64,000 nucleotides of DNA from Kondoa subrosea (Eukaryota), in the NCBI GenBank assembly GCA_039545335.1, contig BCIN01000001.1:3165136-3229135 (forward strand), written 5' to 3'. Positions 1 to 18,196 of the stretch are shown here, piece by piece. The first letter of the stretch is position 1. Every line of letters starts with the position of its first letter. Under the pieces are notes generated by a model. The model was not told the DNA's origin. It did not search any database and was given only the letters and a program-made list of their open reading frames with translations. The position numbers were made by a program, and so were the translations under genes.

Positions 1-584
1 TCATTGAGACCCGAATGATATCGTCAAGTATAACGTACATCTTGTTCAGCGAAGGCTTGCTGTAAGGTTTGGAAGCCTGGCTCTGACACTTCCCAAGCAG
101 GTTGCGAGATGAAAGCAGGGAAACAGAACCAGTAATAATATTTGTACTTTTTCAAATCCGCAAAGGTCAAGATTAGGAATGTATTGAGATCTTCCGCATT
201 GACTGTTCCAGTCAGTCCATTGCCAATCTTCTTCCACAAATCACTCGCGAGGTCATTGAGAATAGCTTGTTTGTCTGCTTTCTTGAAGTCTTCGATCGTA
301 TTGAAGTTGCGCAAGGTACCTTTCAGCAAGACTCGCTCGTTGGGAACAGATTCGCGCTCGTCCGACTTGATATATAGATTGGAAGCACCGAAAGAAACAG
401 GACTCGGTAGGCCAACTATCTCGCTAGTTTGCTTGTCTTTAACATAAGAAGACCTGGTATACGAGCCAGTAGCGGGCAAGGGAGTCTGATCCAATTTAAG
501 TACATCAATCTTTAGTTCCGTCAGCGCTGCCCAGAAATCAGGTTGCAGACTTGACGCGAACGGCGTGAAGGTGAGTAGGCCCAT
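1..584 (-). CDS. ATG7: Autophagy E1-like activating enzyme Atg7, N-terminal part (gene continues beyond window start)
   Basis: Atg7 N-domain motifs FWAALTELKIDVLKLD, GTLRNFNTIEDFK, TFADLKKYKYYYWFCFPA; exon 1 is 584-39, then a GTACGT donor. Confidence 0.93.
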
Positions 585-761
585 GTAAATGAGTGGTATA
601 GGTAGTCTTGCAAGGGTATCAGAGCTACTACTTCAGCTGATCGTTACAGGTCGAGTTTCGAAATGCGCAATATTGAACTGTTCTTCTCAAAGGACCATGA
701 AGCAGCACGGACGCGTTGGTCTTCGAATGCTCTGATGCCTCTGATATTTGCTAACAGGCGC

Positions 762-1567
762 ATGTCCGAAAGTAGGCTGAAAGAATGTCTTGGTATTTCA
801 CTGGCATCTGCAAGCATTATTCCCTTTGATTGACCTTTCCTCTCATTCTATTCGTGAATGGAATTTTCTCTGTCTTCCCCTCATCCTTTTGTATCCTCGA
901 TGTCCGCTCAATCCCGCGCCGTCGGTCAAGCGAAGCCCAGGCAGGATTGGTGAGGTTTCGAGCGAGGATTCTGACCCTTCTCTGATATATGTCGTCGTCA
1001 TTCTTAGCTTCTGACAGACTCTCTTTGCTGTGATCCGCATGACGGAAGCCGAATTTCGCAGCATTCCGAGTTTCGCCCAATTCGTCCCCTGGCTTGGGAC
1101 TGGAGTGAAGTCATCCGAGATCAAGATTATTTTGGAAATGATCTGCAAGAATTCAGGATCTTATTACAAGCTACACGAGTTTCCAAATCAAGCAGCTGGT
1201 AAAGCCACGGTTAATGCTCTAATCAATCATCAACCTTCAGGTCACGGAGCAGTTGCTGGATGGACTTATACCTGGATCCATAGGCGAAGCAAAGATCTCA
1301 TATTTGGTTCTCATATGGTTGGCATTTTGCTCGATGAGCAGCGTACAATGGTGGTATACGACTATCGTGAGTCCTAGCCCCAAATATCCTGTGGTAATCT
1401 TGGCAAGATACTGATCTTTTGAAATGACGATAGAACTTGGTAAAGCTTGGACTAATTCTCCTGCTGACCTCGCCTTTAACGGTGAGACTACCATTTGGTA
1501 CTTCACTAATCTTCTGGCTATACGTGGCCACTGCCGGACTCTCTTACTGGCTGCCAAACGGGCTTGA
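762..1567 (+). CDS. Hypothetical spliced protein
   Basis: ATG at 762; ORFs 790-1014 and 1030-1377 can be joined with GT-AG introns (772-814, 955-1017, and a GTGAGT donor near 1368); no recognisable motif; 3' end uncertain. Confidence 0.35.
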
Positions 1568-1868
1568 TTTAGCTCGCCTTCGCCCTGTTGTACAAAGATT
1601 TGGCCAATGAATTCCGAGATTGTTTTAACTTTTGACTTATCGGGATTGCTTCTCTTCTTGGACGTACTGCTTGCTTCCCTTCCTCGTTCCCGCAACGCAT
1701 AAGGGAATCATATCCCGAAGCAAGTCTTTCGCTTGTCTCTTATCATCGATGCCGAGGAAACGGAGCCGCTTTCCGGTTGATGATGTAATAATTCGGTACC
1801 GCATTCGCTTGGAAGACGCTCTTGCTCTCGCTCTCCCTTCGCTACCACCAAGTTCTTGATTATCTAGA

Positions 1869-3605
1869 ATGAAGATTACCGCCCTCACCCTCTTCGCGCT
1901 CTCTTGCGTCTCTGCATCGCCAGTCAAGCGCCAAGCTTCAAGTGCCGTTGAAAGCATTGCTGCTTCCGCTAGCTCTGCCATCGAAAGCGTTACTGCATCG
2001 GTCTCTGCTTCTAGTGCTGCACCATCTGCTTCCGCCAGTCAAGATTTTGCAACAGGTCTACTTACTGCTCTAAGAGATCGCCAAGCAACTACAGTGAGAG
2101 GATTTCCTTATCTAGACAAGACACATTTGCTCATCTCATGTTGTAGCTTGCTACCCTTGTTGAGCCTCTGGCCGGCACTTTGGGACCTATTCTAAGCTCT
2201 GGCGAATGGACAAGTGAGTTTCGTATATTCGATATGTACAACCCAGCGCTCAAATCCGATGTCAGTCTTCGCACCTGGCAATGAATACTTGGCCAATGTA
2301 GAGTGAGTACAAATGGCATATATGTGTGAGACTTGGCTGATTTCCATACAGCACTTCGAACCAAACCGCATTGGCCGAGATCTTGCAATACCACATCGTT
2401 GCCGGTAACTATCCAGCTTCCGCCATACGAGAGAATGTTAGCAACATCGCTACCACTTTGCACACCGCTTCGAACTTTGGTGAATTTCATCTTAGGAGGT
2501 CAAATTGGTCAATATGCTGACACAGCCGTTTTTCAGGGCCTAACTACACCACACTACCTCTTTCTTTTGTTCAGAATCAATTCGGTACAACTGAAATTAT
2601 CGGTCAAAATGGCACCAGAGTATTGGCCAACTCAACATACGAGAACATCCTCATTAAGCTCGTTAGTCAATTCGAAGCTACAACTGGGCTGTGCTAATCT
2701 TCTTTCAAGATTGATGGTGTCTTGATGCCACCTGGCAATGTCGTCAACGTCTCATCTGAACAAGGCGCCAATGTCCTCATTTCTACTTTGAACCAATTCT
2801 TACCTGAGATCATTAATACTTTGGAAACCTCGCAAGGCATCACTGTGTACGCGTTATCTGTCTCGGGTTGAAACCAGTCACTGATTGGTTCTTTGCAGCT
2901 TCTCACCAAACAGTTCGTGCATCTAGACCAAGCCAACTCCTTTTTCTGACGCGACCTCCCTGTAGATGCTGCTATTCAAGGCGTTCAATCGACTTTGGCT
3001 CCTCTTCTTGCCGATTCTACCAGCTCTCAAGTTGTCAGCACTGCTGTTCAAGGCCGTATGTGTCCTTTCTCTCATCTTAGGTAGATTACTCAGTTGGTGT
3101 TCCCTTTCCTAGATGTCATTCCTAGCGTCGTCTTCTCTACCAACATTACCGATGGTCTTACAACCACCTCTCTCAGCGGAACTCAACTCACATTTACTAA
3201 CAACGGTCAGTCTCAGATCAGATGATGTTCAATCACAAGCGCTGATCCTGACTCGCTCAGCCACTGGTGTATACGTTACTGGAGCTGGCGTTACTGCTCA
3301 GATCACTCAACCTGATCTTATTGTAAGCTCTCATGATGGCTCAGAAACAAGAAGCTGATCTCACGATTATCTAGGCATCCAACGGTGTTGTACACATCAT
3401 CGATGCTGTGAGTAATCTTTTGCTATCTGCTCGATGTTCGGATTGCTCAATGTGTAACTCATAGGTCCTTTTCAACGATGCTGCCGCCGCTCCAATCACT
3501 CAGTCCGCTTCTGGCTCAGCTTCAGGTGTAGCTGCTGCAACCTCAAACGTTGCTCAATCGGCTTCATCAGCGATCGTTTCAGCTCTGCCCGTCACTTCGG
3601 CTTGA
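1869..3605 (+). CDS. Secreted fasciclin (FAS1) domain protein, two FAS1 repeats with Ser/Ala-rich ends
   Basis: Signal peptide MKITALTLFALSCVSA followed by KR; spliced FAS1 motifs TIFAPGN, ILQYHIV, TVFSPNNAA, ASNGVVHIIDAVL. Confidence 0.88.
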
Positions 3606-4006
3606 AAAGAAGTATAGTGAAAAGGGATCTAAACGGACAAACCGCATGTTGTAAATATTACTATGAGCTTGGAAACAAATAGATTGTTCATAGCTTTCTA
3701 CTCAAATGTGCCCTTGAAGCCGCCTTTCCGTCTGGGCGCATAACAAGTTTTTTTTTGGCATCCATTCCTTAATCCGAGTCGCGCCCTTCATCTTGTTTCC
3801 CATTGCCGATCGCGCTCCATTAAACTCTGCAGTCATCTATGCTGTCGCTTGCTCTGGCAGCATCTCATCCTTACATTTGTGTCATTCCAATCATTCCAAA
3901 TTTCATTCTTCTAGAGACTTGCATATGTTTGCGCTTGCCTCATCAGACATGACGTCCTTTTCTCTTTGCCTTCCTGGTTCTTTCTGCTCAACGATTTCAA
4001 ATCGAG

Positions 4007-5508
4007 ATGCCTCCTAAACAAAGTGAACAGAATGGGTCTAAGAGCCCATTGAGCTCTCGCAATATTGCTGTGCGTTATCTTCTTATTGCCAGCCTTGCTC
4101 GATCCCTCTTCTGACTTTTTTTTCCCAGGTCATTGGAGCTGAAGGCTTCACAGGACAAGCCTTATGTACACTATGATCTGCGTCTATAGAGCTGTAGTTG
4201 AGACAAACTGCAGGTTATGGACTTGTTCTTTGGTGAACTAGATTTTAAAAGCTCTATCAACTCTGTCAAAGCGGTCGTCTTTCATGATGGTGCTACTGCC
4301 AATCTCAAAGAGATGAATTGCGAGGTCATCAATTAGTGAACTTATTCTTTCCTACTGCAAACATGAAGCTAAACATATTCGCAGCTCAAAAGACATGTCC
4401 TTCGATGACGTTGATACTTGCTTGATCATTCCACCTGCTACTAACAACAAAGTCAAGATCACCAAACAAGTCATTGCTTTGGCTAAAGCAGCAAAGACCG
4501 TGACCAATCTCGTCTTTCTTTCTTCTGCGGGCTGCGACTACGCAACAAAAGAACATCAGCCTCATCTACGCGAGTTTATTAATCTCGAAGTAGCTGCCAT
4601 GGCTGTGAGTCTTTCCTTTCAGACTCGGTGCGAATGCAACTGATCCTCAACACAGGCAAAACAAGACTCTTCGACTGAAGATACTGGTCATTCCACTTGT
4701 GTTGTCCGAGCAGGGTTTTATGCTGAGAATCTGCTTCTTTGTACGTCAAATTGTTGAGATCTCTAGCCCAAACTCATCGATCCGGCAGACTCGAAGCAGT
4801 CTCAAGGCGAAGGAAAGCTACCTCTTCCTATTGACCCCGAGCATAAATTCGCTCCTGTCTCGTTGGGTGATGTCGGTTAGTATCGCCAAAACAGTCTTGA
4901 GCACTTCATTTTTGATGACAGCAATCATAGCTCTTCTCTTGGTCAAAATTCTCATTTCAGAAGGTCCTCACGGGCTAGGAGACATGGTTCGAGGCCAGCT
5001 CATCACTCTTACCGGCCCAATGTTGACTGCTGGACCTGAACTGGCTCAAGCAGCAAGCCAAGCTTTGTCCAGCAAGATGGAATTTGTCTCCGTCAGAGAG
5101 GCTGAAGCAAGAGAGATTCTCAACAGTCATCAAGGGGACAATATTGATGATGGTCAGTCTTGAACTACTTGCTGCTGCTGCTGCTATGGATAGCTCATAT
5201 TTCATTACAGCGGAAAAGAAGTATTTGCTTGAATACTATTCTTTGGTTAGAGAAGGAAAGACTGGATGTGCGTAGTCAATCACAATCACTTCTACTCGCA
5301 GCTCATTATCACCTTCATGGACAGATATCTCGACACAGGGGTTCCAGCAGCTCTGCGGACAGGTAGCTTTCTTGACCGCCCGTGAATAGCTCCACATTGT
5401 ACTGAAGCTCTTCGTCAGGCTCCCACGGAACTCAACGACTTCTTTAAAGCATACGAAGGAGAGTTCAAGCCGCAGAAAAAGAGGAAGATCACTAAGAAAG
5501 ATGAATGA
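4007..5508 (+). CDS. NmrA-like NAD(P)-binding Rossmann protein
   Basis: VIGAEGFTG, VFLSSAGCD, VVRAGFYAENLLLY, FAPVSLGDV, LITLTGP; C-terminal basic KKRK; intron 2 donor is anomalous (see findings). Confidence 0.82.
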
Positions 5509-5643
5509 CAGAGGGCAGGACAAACTAGTCGAGCTTTTCACGTAGAACAAAGATGAATGAGAAACGATAAATCTATTTCTGCGTGCAACTATGCTTTCTA
5601 TTACAACACTAATGTCCATTTGCGCTACAATCCTTCGCTCGCT

Positions 5644-6276
5644 CTAGCAACCAATAGTGATGTTGCGTGAACCAGCTGATACGGATTGAACAGGTTGACC
5701 GTAAACTGCCTGGTATTCGGTGACCTCAAGCACTGTTTCAAATCGTATTAGTTGAAGATCGACGAAGGAGGAAAAGAAGCGGAGCTCACATGCTGTGGCA
5801 TTGCAAGCGAAGTTTTTGGTAGAGTAGTCATTGCCGTAAAGGCGGAAATAGCCTTCGATTGCTGATGGTTCGGTCATATTGACAGGTCCAGGAGCAAAGT
5901 TGGAAACGACCTTTTGTCAATCCGTAAGCACCGGAACACTGGGCCAAGAAGGTAGACTCACGTTATAAGTGTCATGCTTTGATTTTCCGTGTTTCTTGAT
6001 CGATACATCAATCCAAGCAGTTGCTGCACCAGGTAGATACTTGATATGCAAGGAACCATCTTTGCCGCGAGTAACGTTTGCGCCAGACATTGGTTCAACG
6101 AGTGTACCAGTTGCCATAGCTGAAACAGAAGCAGCCGCCGCGCTTGCAGAATGAGTGCTGCTTGCCATGCTAGAATGACTGCTACTGGCCATCGCGGAGT
6201 GGTCGCTGCTTGCACTGCGAGGAGCTGCAAGAGCCAAAGGAAGTAGAGTAGCAGTGAGGAGAGTGGAGAAGAGCAT
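5644..6276 (-). CDS. Small secreted protein, Ser-rich N-terminus, two Cys
   Basis: Signal peptide MLFSTLLTATLLPLALA; ORFs 5917-6276 and 5644-5877 joined by GTGAGT introns; TATA box upstream. Confidence 0.75.
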
Positions 6277-6359
6277 GCTTAAGTTTCGGGTGATTTGGGA
6301 GACGAGGCAAGGGAGCTGAAAAACTTTTGGAGAGAAGGAAAGGAGAGACGGAGTACATC

Positions 6360-6368
6360 TTTTATATA
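6360..6368 (-). promoter_or_regulatory. TATA box of the small secreted protein gene
   Basis: TATATAAAA on the minus strand about 85 bp upstream of ATG 6276, followed by a CT-rich tract. Confidence 0.55.
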
Positions 6369-6736
6369 CTGCGAGGGAGGCGCACGACAGAAATAGTCAC
6401 TAACGGTCCTGCGACGAGAAAGGAAACGAAAAACGGGGAGGCAATGCAAAAGTAAAATTAGGCAAGTCCTGATCTAAGAGGACAGGTCAGGTCTACTACT
6501 GGCGACAGTGCCTCTACTTCGGAGCTTGCAACGGGCTTATTCAAGAGGATTGAGGGTAGGAACCTGAAAATCGAGACAGCTGAAAAGGAAACTCCTGCTC
6601 GGTGTCATGGTCTGTGAGAGCGGCCTGATATATTGCTGTTGAATTTGAGCTAGTATCCGCGCACCAATAGCAGTAGATCGTCCTCGTTTCTTGAACAGCT
6701 TTGTTATTAATATTTTGGTGTCATCTCGAAAGTACC

Positions 6737-7900
6737 ATGTCCGAGGCCTCTCAGAAGCGCAAGGCTTACGTGACATATGGTAGCAAGTAAGTTTTTCTAC
6801 TAACCAACGCCAAAGCACAGCATTGACGCGTCCCTTGTCGAAGCAAGCGCTCTCGCTTGTCTTCGAGTTCATCTTTCATTTCTTCCCCTTCCGTGTCTCC
6901 TCCTATCGCATCTACATCTTCTTCTTCTTCTCCGCCTCCCGTTATCGATGGAGTCACAAAAAGCAAACGATCTTTGCCGAAGACTAAAGCTCAGCGTAAG
7001 GCAATGGAGCAAAAGAGCGAGAAGAACCTAGCCCAGATGTTCCTTTCCTTTTCCGATACTGCTTCTCTTTACATCCACTGCTCAGAGTGTAATCTGGCGT
7101 ATCAAAGAGGCGTAGCGGAAGATGTGTCTTTGCACGAGAAACATCACAAACGCGTTATTGGTGGAGTGGATTATCCTCCGGCTGGTTTCAAGAGTGATTT
7201 GCTACTAGAAGAGATTGTCCTTCCTGCTGTGAAAGTTGTCAAAGGAAAACAGAAAGCTCTGGAACGGGTCGAAGGAAAGGTGCTATGTGTTTCAGGCAAT
7301 GTCACTGGTATGCAAGCCAAAAAGGTCAAACAATTCCCGAGTTCTGTGTGTTGAATCTGACAATCATACAGGTCACCGAAATCATGGACACTATCGATAC
7401 TGAACTTGGCGCGACTTCAATTGGCGAAAATGAACGCAAAAACTCTAAACTCTTTCTCTTTTTATCGGACAAAAGGAAGATCATCGGATGTGTTATCGCT
7501 GCTCGGATTGAAACGGCTTTCGAAGTCCTTAGCAATACATTAGCAGAATTAAAAGATGTGCTCAAATTCGGCGACGATTCTTCAGCAATCTTTTGCTCGT
7601 GCGTCTATCTTACTAGTAAAAAGTCGATCTTATGTCCTGATTTTGTTCAGACCTACGCCTACGTCTGCTCTTATAGGTATTCATCGAATGTGGACGTCCT
7701 CTAACCATCGAAGAAGGGGAATCGCTCAACATCTCCTTACCTCAGTAGCTCAACACTTCATCTACGCTCGACCGCTTGAGTTGGACAGGGAGAGAAGGCA
7801 GCATATTGCATTCAGTCAACCTACAGAATCTGGATCGAAGCTGGCCCGGAGCTGGCTAGGGATTCAGGCTCGAGAAAGCGGTTGGAAGGTGTTTGAGTAA
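6737..7900 (+). CDS. ECO1: Cohesin acetyltransferase Eco1/Eso1
   Basis: PIP-like QMFLSF; C2H2 finger CSECNLAY..D...HEKHH; GIHRMWT...RRRGIA..LL; AFSQPTESG. Confidence 0.92.
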
Positions 7901-8457
7901 GATTTCAGAGGGTCAGATAATCATTTTATGCCAGCGAGGACTTCTTGAGGTGATAGAAGAGACTGACATCGCGGCGGGAGTTTGGATTCCGATTTCTTCT
8001 CCTCTGCAATTGGCAGGGACATATCAATGCAATGTGAATAGCAGCGGAAGAGGACTACGCAGGCGCAGCATGGCCTGCATCTGTATATTTCGCAAAAACA
8101 TAAATTGACATCTTCACAAACTCTCGGCAAGATTTGTGGAAGACGCCGCGATTTCCAGCAGTTCGCCCCTCGAACAGCCAGAACCTCCTTCACTTCGCTC
8201 ATTCACCATTCAGCGTCGTACAAGGGCTCTATCAGGCGGTATAGCAGTTCATGAAGAGGGTGACAACGCAATAAATCAAACGTTGGGATCTTGTATCGCC
8301 CGTTTTCGACCTAAAGACTTGCTTTTTGGCTACAAACACTGGATTTCTGAAGTCTGAACAGGTCTTTACGCCTGTCTACAGCAAAATCTACAATTCCTAG
8401 GCATAGCATCACTCTAGCGTAATCTCGCTTTCCGAATCTCGTCTCTCCTTTATCGTT

Positions 8458-14105
<5,648 letters not shown>

Positions 14106-14271
14106 TTGAAGGTCTCGGTCGAAATCCTCATGGCTGGATATTTTGTAAGATTTGTACCTAGACCCAAGTCGGGCGAATTTAGCATTCTTGTCCTTGTAGA
14201 ATACATAAGATACCCAGTTTTATTCTCACGAGTCTTCTTGCGCTACTCGATTCACGGTACTGCTCTGTACA

Positions 14272-14856
14272 ATGTCACCACATTGCGCCAGCCTCAAAGA
14301 GGGGCACCAATCTTACGCTCGGATTTCAGGAGACGACTCTCTTCCACTATACTCAATCGGAACGCCTGATGCTGCATCGAAAGAATCAGTGTCATCTTCT
14401 TTTACAGCACCTTACATAATTATTGGAACTGTCCATCTGGTGCTTACCTCCTTGGTCATACTGTGGACAGGTGTTTACCTGTCGAAGAGTAGGCTAGGCG
14501 AGATGTCTGATCGAGCTGTGGTGGCTCTGGCAGTAGTTTCGGTCATTCAAATTGCTGTAGCACTTCTTGCGCCTGTTCTGCTGTCCGACTTCTACGTCAA
14601 GAGAAGAGCAATACCACTTCCACAAATGAATGCTTATTTCACCTTGTGTCTCTTGGGGCAAGTAATCGGTTTCGGCAACACCTTCACCTGGATTTTTTCC
14701 CTTACTGACGTTGATCGCTCTGTTGTCGCTCTATACATCTTCTTCTTTGCCTGCGTGGCAGTCTATTTCTCCTTCTGGCGGTCAAAATCACATCTGTTTT
14801 CGACTCTCATCAATCAGAAAGACACAGCAGGTGCTGGAGCCGTCCGGGCAGAATAG
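14272..14856 (+). CDS. Hypothetical membrane protein with about 4 TM helices
   Basis: 194-aa ORF with four hydrophobic segments. Confidence 0.6.
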   Translation: MSPHCASLKEGHQSYARISGDDSLPLYSIGTPDAASKESVSSSFTAPYIIIGTVHLVLTSLVILWTGVYLSKSRLGEMSDRAVVALAVVSVIQIAVALLAPVLLSDFYVKRRAIPLPQMNAYFTLCLLGQVIGFGNTFTWIFSLTDVDRSVVALYIFFFACVAVYFSFWRSKSHLFSTLINQKDTAGAGAVRAE

Positions 14857-15272
14857 CAAGCGAGACAGCAGCAGGAGTGATAGGAGCTACAACTCAAACT
14901 CAAGCGATGTGATTGTAAGTCATTTGTATTTCCACCTCTAGAACAATCTGAGAGCTTGTACAAAGTACCTTCTTCGCTTATATTGCCTCATATCTTCATT
15001 ATATCTCACTTCTTTCGCTAAACTTCTTCCTTACTCAGCTTGTGGAGCACATATTTCAAGCGAAGGTAAAAGGGAAAATGGAGCAATACGGCGGAAGAAG
15101 ACGCTTGCTGAAAAGCCTTTCATCTCTTTGTGTACTTTTGTATTCTTTGTCCTCACAGCAGCATAATCAGAGCATAGTATTTGCATTCCACTTTGCGCAT
15201 TGTAGTTTTAATTTCGTGTTCGTCATCGGAATTGCATTTAGCTCGTGTTTCATTAACCAGCGATTGAAGCTG

Positions 15273-16650
15273 CTATAGTCCGAAGCCTTGCTTGATTACA
15301 TTGACTGTACTTTGATCCCTCTTGACCATATCAGCCAAATAATCCAACGTCCTCTGTTGTTGTGCCAACACGTCCAGTACTTTATCCACTTCTTGTTCAT
15401 TCACCACAGCCCATTCTGTCCCGTTTGCACCACCGCCGTTCTGCATCAACGCTTTCTTTGCTTTCCTTTGAGCTACAGCAACCCAAGCTTCATTCACTCT
15501 AGCTGCTAATTTCCCATTCGAAGGTTGCGAGCCATAATTGAGATCTTCTTCCGTCGGTCTTTTCCCAGTAAAAGTCGCTAGCAGTTTCTCTACTTGAATC
15601 CGAAGCTCATCTTCTTCTGCTCGAAGGGGAGAGGCTCTTAAAGGTGTCAAAGGATGTAAGCGAGATATGAGGCGGAGCAAGCGAGCGGAAAGGACTGCTT
15701 GAGTGTGAGTGGCTTTAGAGATGCGTAGCGATGTATCGAGATTATAAGTAGATGAGAGGGATTGTAGGTTATTAACGAATTCCTATCACATCTATATGAG
15801 CATATAACGCCAAACAAATCATAGAGAAACAGCATACTTCTAATTTGCCAGCATGTTTCGCTGCAAACTCATCTTGCTGACCGACCCTTTTCTTCAACGC
15901 ATCATGACCAACAACCAAATGAGGATAAAAACGAGCTGGATCTGGGTTTTCCCTTAAAGCTTTGTTCCATAAGGCATCGTTGATATCTGCTGAAGTCCTT
16001 TGATGACCATTCACTCGAACGTATTCTGCTCTTTGAGCGTCCATAATATTATATACATAGTACTGTAACAACTTATCAATAAGTGATACGCTAAAAAGCA
16101 ACAAACAAGGGCTGACTTGGAAAACGCATTCCGGTTTTGATGGATCCCACTGCGCGAAAAGTTTCGTTAGCTTTTCTTCTATTGTCGGTTCAGCTTTCGG
16201 GCCTTGTAGTATAGATTGAGATAGGGATAGAGCGGGTTGTGCTTGTGATAATAGTAGAGGATTCTGTTGCTGCTGAGCTGTACTTTGACCAAAGAGGGAA
16301 GATCCAAAAGGCTGTTGTTGTTGTTGAGCTGGTTGCGATTGACCAAAAGATGAGAAGAGTCCTCCTGTACTAGCTTGAGGTGTTGCACTGGTACCAGGTT
16401 GCGAAGTCGCGCCGAAACTGAAAGCAGGCGTTGAAGTACTAGCTGCAGGCTGCGATTGACCGAAGAGACTCGTTGTAGCTGGCTTTGAAGCTCCAAAAAG
16501 ACCAGTTGAAGCTGGAGCCGTACTTGTGCTTGTACTCGAGCCAAACAAACCTGCGCCGAAAGCTGGCTGAGATGTCGCTGGCTGAGCTGGCGCGCCAAAT
16601 GAGAAAGCAGGCTTAGCTGGTTGTGCAGCAGGCTGCGAGAAGGAGAACAT
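15273..16650 (-). CDS. NUP57: FG-repeat nucleoporin Nup57/Nup54
   Basis: N-terminal FSFG/GLFG/SLFG repeats; WDP...CVFQYYVYN; WNKALRENPDP..FYP.LVVGH.ALKKR; C-terminal coiled coil. Confidence 0.9.
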
Positions 16651-16889
16651 CACTGTCGCTTGACAACTTGAAGCTCTCGAAATCTTGTACTTCGTCTTGT
16701 CTTGCGTTCACGATATCGAGAGTATATCGAGTTTTTACTCAGGTGTGCATCTATGCGGACCACTGACATTCACAGTCGGCGTTTACAAGCAAAATCCAGC
16801 TATTATATTGCGAACGCTTCCGAGTCTGCTGATCATCTCGATTTCCAGCTTTACCTCATCTGCTTTTCTTCTCATCTCATCTCTCTTCT

Positions 16890-17793
16890 TTATAGACCTT
16901 TCCCTCGTAAGACCGTGTCTTTCAATATCTTAACGTAATCCAATTTTGGATCTAACCATTCCCTAGCGAGCAAGCCGAAGGCTTCAATGTCTCCCTTTTC
17001 TGAGCGTTGCAATGCTGGCAGCTCGTCGCAAGCTTCTCCAGATATTGCATGCGGTATGCGGTATCGAGCGTTCTCGCAAAAAAGAATAGTGAAGACGCAG
17101 CCCGCTCGGGTCGATTTGGGATAACCAGCTGTATAACTCCGGAATGTTTCCTCTAGGGAGGCCTTGTCGTTTGGTGACGCTTTCGTGTATCTGACCTGCT
17201 AATCACCTGACTTGAATCGATTTGGAAAGCAGATTTCGCCTTGTACGGTCCACTTGATGATCGACGACTAAGTTGGATCATGTGTACAGAGTTTTCCAAC
17301 GGCCGTGGTGCCACTTTGCCACTAATACCCATGTGCAGAGCTTGATCGGTTGCTCGATAGAGAAGAATTCGATAGGAATCAGTGAACTTTCGGAGTAGAT
17401 CTACGAGGTTATTGCCAGTTGATGGATCGTATGACGGTCCGGGTCTGCGATTCTCTTCCAGCAGAAGGTTGCACACTAGAAAGGCAGCCTGTCAGAGACA
17501 AGTGCAGCAGCAAGAAAAGATCTGCGAACTTTTCTTGTGTTCGGGCCAGTTCGCCTTTTGACATGCTCTCGACTGCTCTACAATCAGTCTGCGCAGCCCA
17601 ACGTAGTGTCATGCTCACGCAATAAGGCATGGCTGAGGACTGAATATGATTAGCACTGTTCGCACCTTATGCGAGGTGACCCACATTTGCACTGCAAACA
17701 GCGAGAAAGCTTCTTCTCTGACGCCAGTTCAGTGACCTGACATTCCGCGCACTTTCTAAGACTCCTGTTTTTCTCCTTTAGGTCCGATTCCAT
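16890..17793 (-). CDS. MYND-type zinc finger protein
   Basis: Spliced CAEC...RCLQCK..YCSRACQKANWPEHKK.C; includes a 14-nt exon at 17619-17632; splice junction into the last exon uncertain. Confidence 0.82.
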
Positions 17794-18196
17794 TGCCGTA
17801 TGAAGGTGACAGATTTCTACGATGAACCGGCGACAGTCGACTTCTGACGTGGTCTGGCTTCCTTTCAGATCATGCGAGGGACAAGAGACAAAAGAGGAGA
17901 GAAATGTATGATCAAAAGAAATGTAACAAAAAAGCAGAAGCAAATCGAACATCGGAAATTCGGACCAGCTGTCAATGGTCCGGCATGCAAGTATCCTTAT
18001 GTACGATCAAGCATGCGTGATCCAGTACCAGTCTGTTAGCAGGCAACCCTTGTATTTTTCCTCTTCTGACGCACAACTCCAAAGATTACGTAATGTCTCA
18101 ATATGCTTATTTTTTTCTTCCGAGATGTCTTTTTCTGTGCCGCGATCTGCGCTGATGATACCTGGCAGCAAAGACACATGACTTGGACTATCCCAG

